Source of the DNA: Lama guanicoe
Taxonomy: Eukaryota
DNA: 64,000 nucleotides
Reading direction: 5' to 3'
NCBI GenBank assembly: GCA_013239625.1
Contig: MU054527.1
Coordinates: forward strand, 310,001-374,000
The notes under the pieces were generated by a model. The model was not told where the DNA came from. It did no database searches and was given only the letters and a program-made list of their open reading frames with translations. The first letter of the stretch is position 1. Each line of letters starts with the position of its first letter. The translations under genes were made by a program, and so were the position numbers. Positions 12,536 to 26,151 of this stretch are shown piece after piece.

Positions 12536-13879
12536 CTGAATTCAATTCAGAACAAAGCCTGTGCATGCCAACTGAAACACGGCTGTGAGGTGACTTCTGT
12601 CTGAAGACTGTCAAAACGCGAGCCTGCAGACCTGGAGGCAGAATGAAATTCATAAACCGTGTATCAAGGGACCCTCCAACAGAGCTTCCAGACAAGGAGG
12701 CCGATCGCAGGTCCAGAGGAGACGCAGGCCTTGCTCAAGGGTACAGCAGGGCTGTGGCTGGAACTCAGGTCCCCGAACTCTGAGTCCAAGTCTCTCTGCA
12801 TAAAAGAAGCCTGAAATGTCGGTATCATTGCTCATCCTAGCACCTCTGCTGGCCGAGCCCTCCGGGAGTGAACCTCAGCCGTGACAACCCAGGGCAGGAG
12901 GTTTGTGCGTCTGCGGTGGGCCAGGCAGCCTCCCGTGCGTGTATATCAGGGCGGCCCGGACATAGGAGAATCAGACCAGCAGGCTGTCCAGGGCCTCGTG
13001 GCCGAGGATGTGCTGCAGCCCAACTTGGAGGCAGACCCTAGGAAGGCATTTGCTTTTTGAGGTTTTCCTTAGGCCCCTTAAAAGCCGCCTGCACAGTGAA
13101 GGAGCTTAAATAGGCTGCAGACAGCACACCGTTCCCTGCTAAAGTGGCTTCGATGGGCTCGGGGCTGAGACGTGCTTTAGCTCCATCACAGAGCGCCCAC
13201 ACAGAGCGTAAAGGAGACGATGGCGGGCAGTCCTTGGCGGGGCTGGCTGGCTGACATCAGTGCTGTCAACGCGATGCCGCCTGCTCAAGAAAACGTTAAT
13301 AATTGGCCTGGGGAAGTGGAGGAGAGCAGAGGCAAACGCAGCTGATAGGGAATACTTCGGTGCCGGGCACTGGTGGTTCCCAGTGATACATACATACGCA
13401 CGTGTGGATTTGCAGCCAGAAGGCCAGGCGTGGGGACAAAGCAGCGACCTAACAGGGAAGGGAAGGCAAACATTAGCGGGGTATCAGGGGCACAGACCAC
13501 CAGGCAGGAGGCAGAGGTGAGCGCCTTGTCCTGCAGGGAGGGACCAGACATCTAAGTGGAAAAGCTGTCAGGAGCCACGGGAGAGGAGGAGCTAATGCTC
13601 CCTATGGGGTAATAAAATGGGGAAAAGTCCTGTGCGGAGAGAGGACTCTCTACGCCAGAGACACACAGACTCTCTGCAGCTCCAAGCTCTTCTACAAACA
13701 AATGCTCCAACTCCAATGGGTTTTACTAAATGGCTGTGCAAGGTCAAAGCATCCTTGCGCCAGAGGAAGGGACTGGCAGAGGGGTTAGGGTTGGAGGAGG
13801 CTCAAGGTTAGGTGGCTCAGGTAGGAGTCCCATTCCATTTTAGCTTCTCCAAAGGCATGCCCAAGGAAGGCTGGAAATC

Positions 13880-14445
13880 TTCCTCGAGATTTGCGTTACA
13901 ATATTGCGTCACGAAATTACATCATTTGATCAAAGCTGCCAGCTAAAAACTGGCCCCTGCCACCTGCTGCTACAAGGACCGGATCATGTCGGCACTTGCC
14001 AGCTACCTCTGCCTGGATTAAATCATGGGCTGCCGCAGCCACTGACCTTCAACGCACCCTCAGAGGAGTTCAGGATGGAGGTCAGGAACGAGGCACTCTG
14101 TGCTCTGGGAAAACTGGCAGAGCAGGCTTTCAGACAGTTAGATATTTTCAAGGGAAGATTTTATGAGCCCAAATTCTTGCATCTCCTCCCATCTAGAAAA
14201 GCACTGAAATCATCAGCAGTGACGTCTGCTCCTCGTGACCAGCAGCAGCCTCTGTCTAACTGTGTGCCTGACCGCACGCACCCCCTTCGCTAAAATGACG
14301 TATAACGCTGGGTGTCCCCCCTGCCTCTCCGGAGCAGCCCCTCAGCGCTCTCCGGGGCGCTGTCTCCAGGGCTTTCGTCCTCATGTTGCCCCAAATATAA
14401 CTTAACCCACGACCCTCACGTTGTGTGATTTCATTTCAGTCGACA
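13880..14445 (+). mobile_element. Cetartiodactyl ERV1-type LTR (5' boundary uncertain)
   Basis: 'cactgaccttcaacgcaccc...ggagttcagg', 'aattcttgcatctcc' and the terminal 'ttcagtcgaca'. Confidence 0.65.
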
Positions 14446-14722
14446 ATGTCTAGTTGATTTGATACATTCTGAGGTCATGTGAGAACTTACTTGGCTCCAG
14501 TGGAAACTGACCCCAAGTTTATAGTCCAAGAACTAAAATCAGCCCCAGGGACAAAAATTCCAAATGATGCCAGGTTCCTAGCACGTTGGGAGAAATGGTA
14601 GAGGTGGTGGAAATTGAAATCTTAGGAATACAGGAATCAAAAATCAGATTCGTTCATTAAAAAAACCTTGCAATGAAAGCTAATTTTATTAGACATACAC
14701 TGAGTGTGTGTAGGCAGTTTGC

Positions 14723-14864
14723 ATTCATTATTTAATTCCCCTATCTCATTATTTGCTATTTTAAAGATGCGGAAATTTAATCTTGGAAAGATTATTCATT
14801 ATTTAATTCCCCTATCTCATTATTTGCTATTTTAAAGATGCGGAAATTTAATCTTGGAAAGATT
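14723..14864. repeat. Perfect 2 x 71-bp tandem duplication inside a MIR
   Basis: 14723-14793 is identical to 14794-14864 (attcattatttaattcccc...ggaaagatt). Confidence 0.95.
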
Positions 14865-16099
14865 AAGTAACTTTTCCAATAATTCGTAGCTAGTGAACAG
14901 AAAAGCTGGGGCTTTGAGTTAAGTCTGTCTGGCTCCAAAGTCTATGGAATTAACAGAGTCACATTGGAACACAGGCCTGATTGGCCCCTGTGTTATTTCC
15001 AGACGTTCCAGCCTTAGGCCTGTCAAGGTGACTCTGTTGGAGAACTGGTTTGGAAACAGTAGACAACAAGGTGCTAAAATCATTCTAAAAAATTTCAGAC
15101 GGCAAGAAAAAGACAAACCTTGGGGTAAGTGTCTCCTTCGTATAGCTGCTTTCTTGCCCAATTTGTACAAAGCAGTCGGTGGAACCCAGCTTCCTGAATC
15201 AATCAGTCATTGTCTATCATTGCCAGGGTTCATGGGCAGTAAACGGAAGGCCAGCCCTAATTCACACCTGGAATGAGCTGAGCCCACTGGGTCCCAGCTA
15301 GTGGAGCTGACGTTGGGGACGGGAAAGGCCAGCCAGGAGATGCCGATGCTACGGGAGACATGCAGCGCCTGATGAGAGAGGGTAACGCTGAGGAGGAAAA
15401 ACTCAGACAAGGCACCCCTCCCCGCGGCCCCTGCCACCTAGCTGACTCCTGCTCGCGTAAACCGCTGCTTCCTGCGACAGTCGAGTGGAAACGGACTGCT
15501 CCTAAGCTGGAAAGTCCCACGCACCCGGAAGTGTTACAAGCTTAGGAGACAATCAGACCCCAGGCTCGGGGCCCAGCCTTTGGAGGTGACCCTGCTGGGC
15601 CAGCGCCGGTGCAGGATAAACCCGTCTTTTCTGATCCCCCGAGTGCGTGTCTTCTGTGACTTCCCGGCGGGCTAATTCTTCTGTTACAACATCGCCCCTG
15701 GCAACAGGCATTGGGCACCAGGTCGGACAAAAGCAAGGAGAAGCTGGAGTTTTGAGCCCTTAAAACACAGAGTTTCAGACACGGTGGTAGGAATTCACAG
15801 TGTCTCTGATTATGACGACCGCTATTCGCTGGTCGTGTACTAGGAGCCGCTCCGTCAAGTCCCTTCCACACATCATCTCATTTACCGTGTGCAACAAGCC
15901 TGTGACGTCAGTGGGGTTGTCCCGGGTTTGTACATAACAGCCAGTATTTACTCACTGAGTACTGACCCTGGATCAGAACCCGACCCGGTGTTTTCTAGAC
16001 CTTGCTGGGTCACTACTGAGCATGGGAAAGGCGGTTGGTCCCAAGCGAAATGTGATGGAAGCGTAAAAGCCACCAGATTTCTAAGATTTATGAGAAAAA

Positions 16100-16240
16100 G
16101 GATGTGAAGTGTCTCATTAATAATCTTTAGATTGATCACTTGTCAGTGTTTTGGGTGTATCCAAAATGATAATATTTGAGTATGTTAAGTTATATAAAGT
16201 CTATTATCAACAATCATTTCACCTGTATTCTCTTTGCTTA
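16100..16240. mobile_element. MER3-like hAT fragment
   Basis: 'tctcattaataat...aaatgataatatttg...atttcacctgt'. Confidence 0.55.
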
Positions 16241-18542
16241 CTCCCTGTGCCACGCTCGCTGCAGTGAGAAGAGACAGAGCACGGCGCCCAGCACCTTAGA
16301 AAAGACATTCGGGGCTGAGACCAACCAACCCAGCTGAGTTCACCCCACACCAAAAAGTCACTTAGCAGGTCAGTGCAGTCAACGAACATTTCCACAACAA
16401 TTCCAAGGACAGAAGCCAAAGGCACAGAAAAAATAAGCCCCCCAAACTTCATGCCCAGTGATGAGTCTGACACCGAATTCAAGCAGTTTGATTCTGACAC
16501 CAAACGCACCACCTCAGAGTTAATGCTGGTTCTTGAACAATCCCCAGACGCGACTTTCCTGGGAGGGTCTGAGTCCAGATCCGTCCTTGGGAAGCTGCAG
16601 AGCTCATGACCCATTGTAAATAAATAATCACATATGCTAGAATCTAATGAATCTCTTTAGGGGAAGAAACCCTGCATAGTTGGTACACGGATTTCTTTGC
16701 AGATTGTCGGCAGAAAGTCACTAAGTTACTACAACACGATGGACACTGCTATGTTTGCAAGAGTCGGCAGCGAACAAAATCGACAAACTTCCTGCTATCC
16801 TGGAGCTTACGTTGGAAAGGTCTGCAGTCTGTTGTTAAAATTAACAGGTTGTCCAGCTTTGCATGAGCCCTGTGAACGCAATGACTGTTTTTCTGCAGAG
16901 TTACTGTGCTAGGACCTCCTCCTTTCCTCCCCAGAGCTTACCTGGGTAGCTGTACAAACACCCTGAAAATGAATTTACACGAACTGGGTCCTGTGCCCGA
17001 ATCAAATCAGCCAAATGAAGCCAGAGACAAACCACTCTGGGAAAGCCAGAACCAAAATAAAAGCCAAGCCCGTTATTTGTGTATGTGTGTGACTAGCATC
17101 CCAGGGAGGCTCTCACAGTGTTGGAGCAAATGCTGCACCAAAAACATTGTTTGTGGTGTGTACGCACATCATGAAATCCTCGCCCACACAACAGAAATGA
17201 GACTGATGGAGCCCAGGAGAGAGGGTGTTAAATGGAAGATGACGTTCTGGGTGGAAGTTCTCAGGAGGAGAAACAAAGGCAAGACAGAGTCTGCAAAGCC
17301 CACACAGAAGATGAGACCCAGAGCCGATGAATCATTCTCCAAAGTGGAGAAAGGCAGGGACAGACTCAGCGGAGCGAAGAGTGGGCGCAGATCTGAGATG
17401 AAGGTAGTCCTGGGTCGGTGGGGGTGGTAGGCGGCTGGTTATACCTAAGTTTTTCCCCGAAATATCAGACCTTGCTTTCTGATCTCCTCACTTGCCAAAG
17501 ATTTCAGAAACAAGGAAAAGAGTTAATTTGGGAGGAAAAAAAAATAGGAAAGGGAGATACGCAGCAAACTGACAAAGGGGAGCAGACATGTGAGCAACAA
17601 AGAAGAAACTGACCATTTCAAAACTCTGCCCTCGTCTGGGAAAAGGTTCTTTCCCGCCTCGTTTTGTTTTTCTCTTATGCTGTTTCCTCTTCCCATTTTC
17701 TGTTCCTTACCCCTCCTTCCTTCTCCAGGTTGGCCTTAACTTTTGGGGCTTGAGCTTAAGGGCTGCTTCCCTGGGAAGCCTTGCTCTGGTCCTCATCAAG
17801 ATCTTGGTTAAAAGCAACTACAGTTCCCCGTGTTTCTCTTTCAAACGACTATTGATAGTTCTAATTACCTAGTCAGCGTCTTTTTCCTTTGCTTGAATGT
17901 GATTTTCAGGAAGAACCTTCTCTGTGTTTTTACCACAACTCTGACGCCGGCCCAATGTCTGGCACGTGACGAGGGCTCAACAAAATCGGTTGCATAAGAC
18001 GGTTAAATGACAAGACAGGCGAAGGGAAGAAACAGGTCCCACCGTCCCTCCCTCTAGACAGCGCCAGTCCCTTTCTGTCCTATCAGGACAACAAATCTGT
18101 AGTTTTTCATTGGGTTTCACTAGCCCACAGCGCGCCCTCTACAGTAAAATGTGCTGTGAGAAAGGAATCTTTTATTACAGGCTGAGACCATTCACATCCA
18201 AAAGCTCACGCTGCGGTTCTGTGGCTCCCTTCGTCATGGTTTCCTCTGCCTTAATGAGCAGCTTTTTCACCCACAACCCACCTACGGTCAGCGGCTCCGA
18301 CTGCAAGGATTCTCACAATGTTTTCTTCCTCAAAACTATGCTCCAAACTGATAATTTTTGGGTCTCTTGCCCACATGTCTCTTGTCTGGGAGTTTTCTCT
18401 TCAGATCAGACAGAATAAAAAAGAAGGCAGAAGCTTATCTCTGAGCCTCAATTTGATATTAATATTAACATCTTGGAAACCAAACAGAATTGCTTCTAAA
18501 ATATCTTTATGGCAAAATTGGGGAAATTTGAGTATAGATTTT

Positions 18543-18765
18543 GAGATTTGCAAATGTTAGCCACTATATATAAAAACAGACTAAAAACCTTTCTTCTGCA
18601 CAGCACAGGGAACTATATTCAATATCTTGTAATAACCTTGAATGAAATAGAACACGAAAAGAAATGTGTGTGTGTATATGCGTGACTGGGGCGTTGTGCT
18701 GTGCACCGGAAATGGACACGTTGTCACTGACTGCGCGTCAAACAACAACAAAAATCCACAAAAGA
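18543..18765 (+). mobile_element. Truncated L1 3' end
   Basis: 'gagatttgcaaatgttagccactatatataaaa...cagcacagggaactatattcaatatcttgtaataacc' followed by an A-rich tail. Confidence 0.8.
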
Positions 18766-18869
18766 TTTCACGTTGGGTAATACATGTTTTTTTATTATCG
18801 TGGTTACGGAGGACATTCCCGTCTTGCTCGCAAGAGAGGAGAGAAGTGAGGAACGTTGGTGTTTTATTT

Positions 18870-19570
18870 TCAGAGAGCACCCAGAACAGGCCCCACACGA
18901 CGGCCCTCATTTTACAACTGAAAGTTAGCAGTTTTCCCCAAATCACCCCAGGTTTGATAATTCACTGGGAAGACTCACAGAACTCAGGGGAACCCTGTAA
19001 TATGATCAGAGTTTCATATAAGGAGGGTACACACTGGGCGCAACCAAAGGGAGAGAAGCACAGGGCTTGGTCGGGGAGGGTTCCAGAAGCGAAGCTCCCA
19101 TCATTCTTGGGACTTATTACCTCCTGGTGTTAACATACGCCATTATGCATACGTTACTGCCAACCAGAGAAGCTTGTCCAGGCTTAAATACCAAGTGTTT
19201 TTACTGAGACTGCGTTACATCGTCAAGACTGATGATTTATTGCTCATACGGTTGGGCTTCATCTTTGGCAACACCTCCCACCCCATTTCCCACCTTCCCT
19301 GCTCGCCTCACCTGCCAGGTGTGGGGCTGGTGCTACATGGCCGGAAGCTCCAGTCCCCCACGCCTCCACGATGCTGCCGGCCTTTCTGGGGTGGACACCC
19401 CCTAGGGAGCCAACTTACTAGCACAAACTGTGGGTGTGATCCTAGGGGCCTGCCACGAATAACAAAGACATTTCTATCCCTCAGGAAATTCCAGACGCTT
19501 TCTGGTTAACTCTCAGGGGTCCTGACAAAGACCAGACTTCTCTTTACATGAGGTCAACTGCCTTACCCCA
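18870..19570 (-). mobile_element. MER21/MER77-like LTR, reverse orientation
   Basis: 'ccaggtttgataattcact...gactcacagaactca', 'gaataacaaagaca...atccctcaggaaattcca'. Confidence 0.6.
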
Positions 19571-19939
19571 AGGGAGGATAAAGAGAACGGATAAAAGGTA
19601 AGTCACTGGTGAATTCAGGTGAAAGAAGTTGAATATTCATTGAGTTATTACATAGTTTTGGTAGATTTGGAAATTTTCAAAATATAAATTTGTGGTAAAA
19701 TAAATGTTTTGATGATTACTCTGTTCCCATTCAGAGTATAATTTACTATTTATCAATGTGAGACGGTATCTCAGGGTCATTAGTTCAATTAGCCATACAT
19801 CACTTCACAATTTTTGCCATATTCACATAAGCATGCATCATTATATACTTTATATTTTTCTTTAAATATACCACATTTTTACTTACATAATTTGATTTTA
19901 AAACCAATTTCTCTAATCCTATTGTCATTTTAAACTACC

Positions 19940-21180
19940 AACACACCTCTTCCTCATGCCGTATACAAAAATTAACTGAAAACAAGTCATAGACCTAAAT
20001 TCAGGAGCTAAAACTCTACAGCTCTTAGAAGAAAACAAAGGGGTAAATTTTGTGAGCTTGGATTTGACGATGATTTCATAATATGACTCCAAAAGCACAA
20101 GCAACAAAAAGAAACAGACAGTTAGACTTTATCAGAACTGAAAACTTTCATGCATCAAAGGATATTATCAACAGAGAGGAAAGATAACTTACCCACAGCA
20201 CGGGAGGGAATATTTGTAAATCGTGTATCTGATGAAGAACTTCACCCAGGACACGTGGAAAACAGGTAAACCCAACAACAAAAGTAAGCGGCCCCGTTTA
20301 AGAATGGACAAAGGACTGGATGAAACATTTCTTTAAGGAAAACATGCAAATGGCCAATAAGCACAAAAAAGAGACTCAATTCATTGACCATCAGGTGAAC
20401 ACAAACCAAAGCCCCAGTGAAATACCACGTCACAGCCACCAGCACAGCTGCCCTTGGGACAGACGCTAGCAGGCGCCGGCGAGGACACGGACAAATGTGA
20501 CCCCCTTTCATTACTGGTGACAATTTAAAACAGCACCGCTGCTTTGGAAAACAATCTGCCCGTTCCTCAAATGATTAAACAGAGTTACCGTTTGACCTGA
20601 CAATTCCACTCCCTCTCTCTCTCTCTATGTATACATGTATATCTCCAAGAAAAGGGAACACATGCGTTTTCAAGAAAAGCTGTACATGAGTGTTTACAGC
20701 AGCATTACTCATAGTAGCCAAAAGGTGGAAGCGGTTCCAGATGTCCATCAGCTGATGAATGAACGAACATGTGGTCTAGTCGTATAATGGAATACAATTA
20801 GACCATGACAAGGAATGAAGTGTCCTACACGGGTGAGCCTTGAAAATCTTATGCTCAGTGAAAGGAGCCAGTCACCGAAAAGCACACATGATACAGGTCC
20901 CTTTATTTGAAATAAACAGAGCAGGCAAACCTAGCGAGGCAGAAGGCAGTTCTGTGGCTGCTTAAGGCTGTAGGGGAGAGAATGAAAAGAGAAAGGGGCT
21001 GTACTAATGTGTTCAGAGCCTCTTTCTGGAGTGATGAAGATGTTCTAAAATTGATTGTGGAGGTAGATGAGTAACTCGGAATATATTAAAAACCATTGAA
21101 TTGTATATTTTAAATGGGCAAATTGTCTGGGATGGGAAATGGATTTCAATAAAACTGCTGTAACAACAACAAAAACCCAA
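19940..21180 (+). mobile_element. L1 (L1MB-like) 3' part: degenerate ORF2 end and 3' UTR
   Basis: 'tatacaaaaattaactgaaa', 'aaaactttcatgcatcaaagga', 'cagcattactcatagtagccaaaaggtggaa' and the end 'ttctggagtgatgaagatgttctaaaattg...tcaataaaactg'. Confidence 0.85.
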
Positions 21181-24100
21181 CATAGTTCACAAATCAAAAG
21201 ATATTGTAACGATAAATGAAAATGAAAACAAAGTTACGAAATTTTAGCGACATTTGACTCCATGCCAAAGCGTGTGACCCTAAGTTGTACGCTTTTAAAC
21301 AATAGAGGTGTACTGATGACAGATCAGTGAGCACCTCCCTTGAAAAACACATAGGAATACCGGGTGAAGGGTACCTGAACACACTGATTCTGTGGCCAGC
21401 TCAAGAAAAGAAAAGAAAGTCTCCATGTGTGAGAATCAGAGAGAAAAGTCACAGCTGGAGACGTGAAAGGGACTGGCATTGAGGGTCTGCAAGATCTAAC
21501 CTCTAGGAACCAGGCTGGCGTCTAAGGAAAACGGAAGCCCAGAAGTCAGCGACCAGTTTAAAGGCTGTAATTTCAGATAGTTTCCCAGTCTCACACACTT
21601 GAAAAAAAATCCCCAAACTTTGCATAGTTCGGCAGCAAGGAAACTTGCTTTCACCTGAGGAAAAAATAATGCCAGAAAGAAATTATAATCCCAGCCCGAG
21701 TTATAGTACCGCGTGGTCTGTGAAGTGTAAGTTCATAAGTTTACCAACAAGCGGACAAAAAACAATGAAACAACCAAAAACCCCAAAGCCTGAGCCAGAG
21801 GAATCCTTAGCTCACCTGCAGAAAGCTTTCCCACGGCATTCTTGTGGAGACACGATCACATCTCTGCGAGACTGTCTCCCTAAAGCTGACCTCATATTAA
21901 AAAAAAAAACAACAAAAAAACCTGTAGACTGTGTAAGGAAATAAACCTCATGAAGAAGAGTTAGTAGCTGCAACAAGCAGAGAATTTAGGATCTTGAGAA
22001 ATTAAAAAATTATGTAATAATCTGGAATAAATAGAAAACAAGTGTATTTGAGATACATCAGTACCAGTCAGAGATTCTTTCTGGAAGGAATGGAAAAGAC
22101 TAGAAGAAAAAGAAAAAGGAAGTCACATGCAGGGATTCAGTGCTACTTTACTAGGAGTCATTCGGTCCTAACCCTAACCCTAGCTTTCCTAGTAGCAGAA
22201 CTGATACAGTTTTCCACCCCATGCAAGAATCCGGTCTACAAATTTCGGATAAGTGGTCACATAGTCATTTCTCGAGCACCTCTAATAACATACATTGATG
22301 GAGTAGAGTATTCCATCTTCAGACAGTTCAATTGATTAGAAACTTTTTTTTTTCTTATACTGGATTGAAAACTACCTTCCTGTAACTTTTAGGTCCTGGC
22401 CCACATGCCAGAATACAGTTGAATGGAATCTTTCCCATCGTATGATAACCCCTTCATTACTGGGAAACAGACACCTGCTTTCTCCCGAATCTTCCAGGTT
22501 ATCTATTCTTCGCTCTTTTACTTTTCTTTACATACATTGATTTTCAGGTCCTTTTACCAACTTGATTCATCCTCTCTGGAACTCATTCCATGTTGACAGC
22601 ATTCTGCCTACGTAAGTTTAATTGTTATTTTTTTTTGACTGTCAGTCTGTTATCAGACTTAATCATAATCCCCTAACTGTGACACCCTCCCCACACTGCC
22701 TCTCATCCCATTGTCACCTCTGCTTTGGTTTCCTCAATGGACATAGGGTCTAATAAATTCTGAAATTTACCTCAGGGTTGCTGTTAAGAAATAAATGCAA
22801 TATTTTGTAAAAATCTGAGCATGGTGCCCGGTGTTTAAAAAGTATTCAGTTACAGGAGCTATTATTAAAGGTGACAGAAAATATTGATCAAGCTGAGTTT
22901 CCCGTGAGAGTAGTTAACGGAGTATGGAAATTCTAAAATCCTACTGGGAATGAGGAATAACTCTTATTACCTAAATTGTCTGTGTGCAAAAATGCCTTAC
23001 CAAATGGGACTAAGCTGGCTGAAGCCCAGAAAATTTAAGAACAGGAGAGCTGGCAGAACAAGATAAAAGGTCAAAACAGAAAGAGTTGGATGGCAGAGCC
23101 AGGGTTCCTAGAGAGGATGACTGGGGGAGAAACAAAGAATGGGAGATCCAAAATGTTCCAACCTCCAGTGTCATCCTCATGTGGAGACAGGTGCATCTGG
23201 GTCATTTGAAGCTTCCCAAAATTTAGGACAATTTTGGACAGAACTCTGGCAGTCCCCCAAAACCTCATCACCTATGAACCCCAGGTGAATGTGGTTGTCT
23301 GAACTCACTGAATGATATTCCAAAGATATATGCATTTCTTTGTATGTGAATTTTACACGAAAACCGTAAACAAATCTTGAGCTCTAGTTACTTAGTAAGA
23401 TGCAGACTGAGTAGTGCCTCCAGCCTGCATTGATATAAGCTGCATCAAAACAGTAGAAGGCACTGATGGGTAACAGAGGGATGCATAGTAAAAGATGAAC
23501 TGTAGAGTCCAGGTGACAGGCATTTGGGTCTTCATGATAAAACTGTCTCAGTTTTTCTGTGACTTAGAGTGCTCATAATTAAGTGTTAGAAAGTCAGTAA
23601 ACACAGATACAAAAAACTCTCAGCTATTCATTAGTTTGGTGGAGTTAACAGATTACTTTTGATCTTGCTTGTGAATGGGGAAGGAATCTTTTAAGAGAAT
23701 TGAGATTGATGATCAATAACCCCTTATGATACAAATATATATAATACGGATGCACATTATAACATATGTGAGTGCGTATGACATTGAAAGCAGCACAGTG
23801 TCATTGCAGACTTTGGCAAGCCCCCCAGATAGGAAGGACATGTTGGAAGGAAACTTTTATCCCCTCCTTTTCTTGAGTTTGAAGCCCTGCCATCCCGTGT
23901 CTCCACTTCCGATAACGTGATTTAGGAACTGAGTTGGAATCATTTGCAGCACTAAACCTGCAGATTCCAAAACGTACTCCGTTTGTCTCTAAGGCGTTGG
24001 GTTCAGAAATCTGTTTCCCTAGCAATTCTCATGTCCTTAGAGCTTAGATCACTTCTGACGGCAAATGAAGAGATACACTTTCTTCTGCTTACGCATTAGG

Positions 24101-24444
24101 AATTTCGAATTTTGGTTGAGAAGCAGTGCCACCAGCTGTCAGCTTAGCTCACGTACCAGTCAATAACACTGTATTTACATCTCTGGGTGTGGGAAAATGG
24201 GCCACGGACATAGAACGGAGAGAAACCGGTGGACACAGGGGCAGTTTGCAGAAAGAGTTCTGTCCTTGGAGTGTTTTCTGATCCATGGACGTGCTGAATA
24301 GCATGTGCCTGTGGGAAGTAATTTAGAAACACGAGAGAGACGGAATTCCCACTCTTATTAACTACTTTGTGTCCACTCTGCCAAATCTCCAGTCTGAGAA
24401 GGGAGGGATAACGTACTCTGCGAAAGTTCACAAACTGATGAGGG

Positions 24445-24570
24445 AGAAAGGGGGGGGGAGAGAGAGACAGAGACAGAGAGGGAGAGAGGGAAGGAGAGAA
24501 ATGGAGGGAGGGAGAGAGATTAAGGGAGGGAGGAGGGAGGGGAAGAGCAAGGAGGGAGAGAGAGAGGGTG
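24445..24570. repeat. Polypurine (GA/GGA-rich) low-complexity tract
   Basis: About 125 nt of almost pure A/G. Confidence 0.9.
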
Positions 24571-24689
24571 AAAGGAACAGCTGGAAGCGATGTGAGCGCT
24601 GCACACCCACACTGCACATCGCTCTCTCCAGCGTTTTCCTGGTTAGTTTCCAGGTGCCCCACCTGCTGCCTGCATAGACATTCCTGCAC

Positions 24690-25210
24690 CTGCTGGAGCC
24701 GCGCCGAGTCACGCGGCACCGCGCCTCACCGCCGCGTGGCGTCGCTGTCGGCGCCGGGCTCGCCGCGCGCGGGGCCGGCCCGTGGGGCGCAGGCCNNNNN
24801 NNNNNNNNNNNNNNNNNNNNNNNNNNNNNNNNNNNNNNNNNNNNNNNNNNNNNNNNNNNNNNNNNNNNNNNNNNNNNNNNNNNNNNNNNNNNNNNNNNNN
24901 NNNNNNNNNNNNNNNNNNCCGGAGCAGCCCCGACCCGGCGCGCGGCCCCAGATCCCTCCCCGGAAGGGGCGGCCCCGCTTGCCCCGTGCAGCCCCTCGGC
25001 CCGGGGAGGCCTGCTCGGGCCCCTCTGTACCCGCGGCCGCCCCCCCGCACGCCGAAGCGCCGTCCTCGGCGACGGGGCCGGGAGGGCTGTCCTGCGGGGG
25101 CCCCAGGCGGAGGGCGTCTCCTGAGGCCCCTGCCCTCCAGGGGAGACTCCCTGCTCGGTTGCCCGCTGTCCACATGGATGCGAGCTGTTACCCCGATGCC
25201 GGCTCCTAGG
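24690..25210 (-). promoter_or_regulatory. CpG island; candidate promoter and first exon of an unidentified minus-strand gene (donor after 24730); N block 24796-24918
   Basis: Very high CpG/GC with GC boxes, not recognisably repeat-derived. A minus-strand donor GCG|GTGAGG lies at the island edge. Confidence 0.6.
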
Positions 25211-26151
25211 GTGACTCAGCAGATACAGCTCGAACGAGGGTTGTGTGCAGACTTATTGCCTCCTGGAGTGGTGACTCTCCGGGGCTGGGGACAACACGCA
25301 GTGGCCGGAGCGGTTTAAAGTTCTGCCAAGTCAGCACATTTAGAAACAGCGACTATCAGCGTCATTTTATAAGAATGGTTGTAAACACTTTCATGACGAA
25401 TATTCCCACGATAAACTGTTAGGTTCAAATGCAAGGACATACCCTTGGGGTGAATTCCTACAGTGGGAATTTCCTATTTTTATTGCTATTGTGAACGAGG
25501 GATTTTATTGGATGTGGTAGGTTGCTATTACTGCTGCAGTGCTGTTCGCACAGTGAGTTTTACTCTTCTGATTGTAGCTGAAGGCTGTTTAAACAACTTT
25601 ATAATACAATGGTTTCAGAACTAGTTCTTTTGTTTTCGAGCTGGAAGACACCGGTGAGTTTTCAGAGTCGCCCAGACAAACGGAAGCAGCATTTTAAGAG
25701 GAGTGAATCTGACGTCAGTTTGTTTCCGTTTTTAGAGCCACTGACTGCGGTCACCTAATTTTTGATCGCTTTGGGTTGAAAAAGATGAACAGCCATGTGC
25801 GGAGGTGTGCAAAGATGACTAAGTACCTGTTCTTCCCCAACGGCTTTCAGGTGATGCTGAAATTACTTTGTCAAACAGCTCAGGTGTTCGCTGACATCGT
25901 GCTGGAGTATCACTTACTCATTTCCATTCATGTGAACACTTTGCCTCTGTCTTCTGGTTTCTTTGCGGAGGGAGTTCCCTGAAACAATCTGCACATCCTT
26001 GAAGTCTTTCTACCAAAAAGGAATAAATTATAACTTAGAGGATGTGGGATACCCACACTGCTCATAGCAGACCCCCTCCACCCATCCTCTCTCCAGCCTT
26101 CAGCCTCCACCCACCTCTTTCCTCTCAGGCCAGCTGCCCAGAGTATGTACC

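Noticed and set aside
22168-22183. TAACCCTAACCCTA as an interstitial telomere
   Set aside because: Only about two units; expected by chance.
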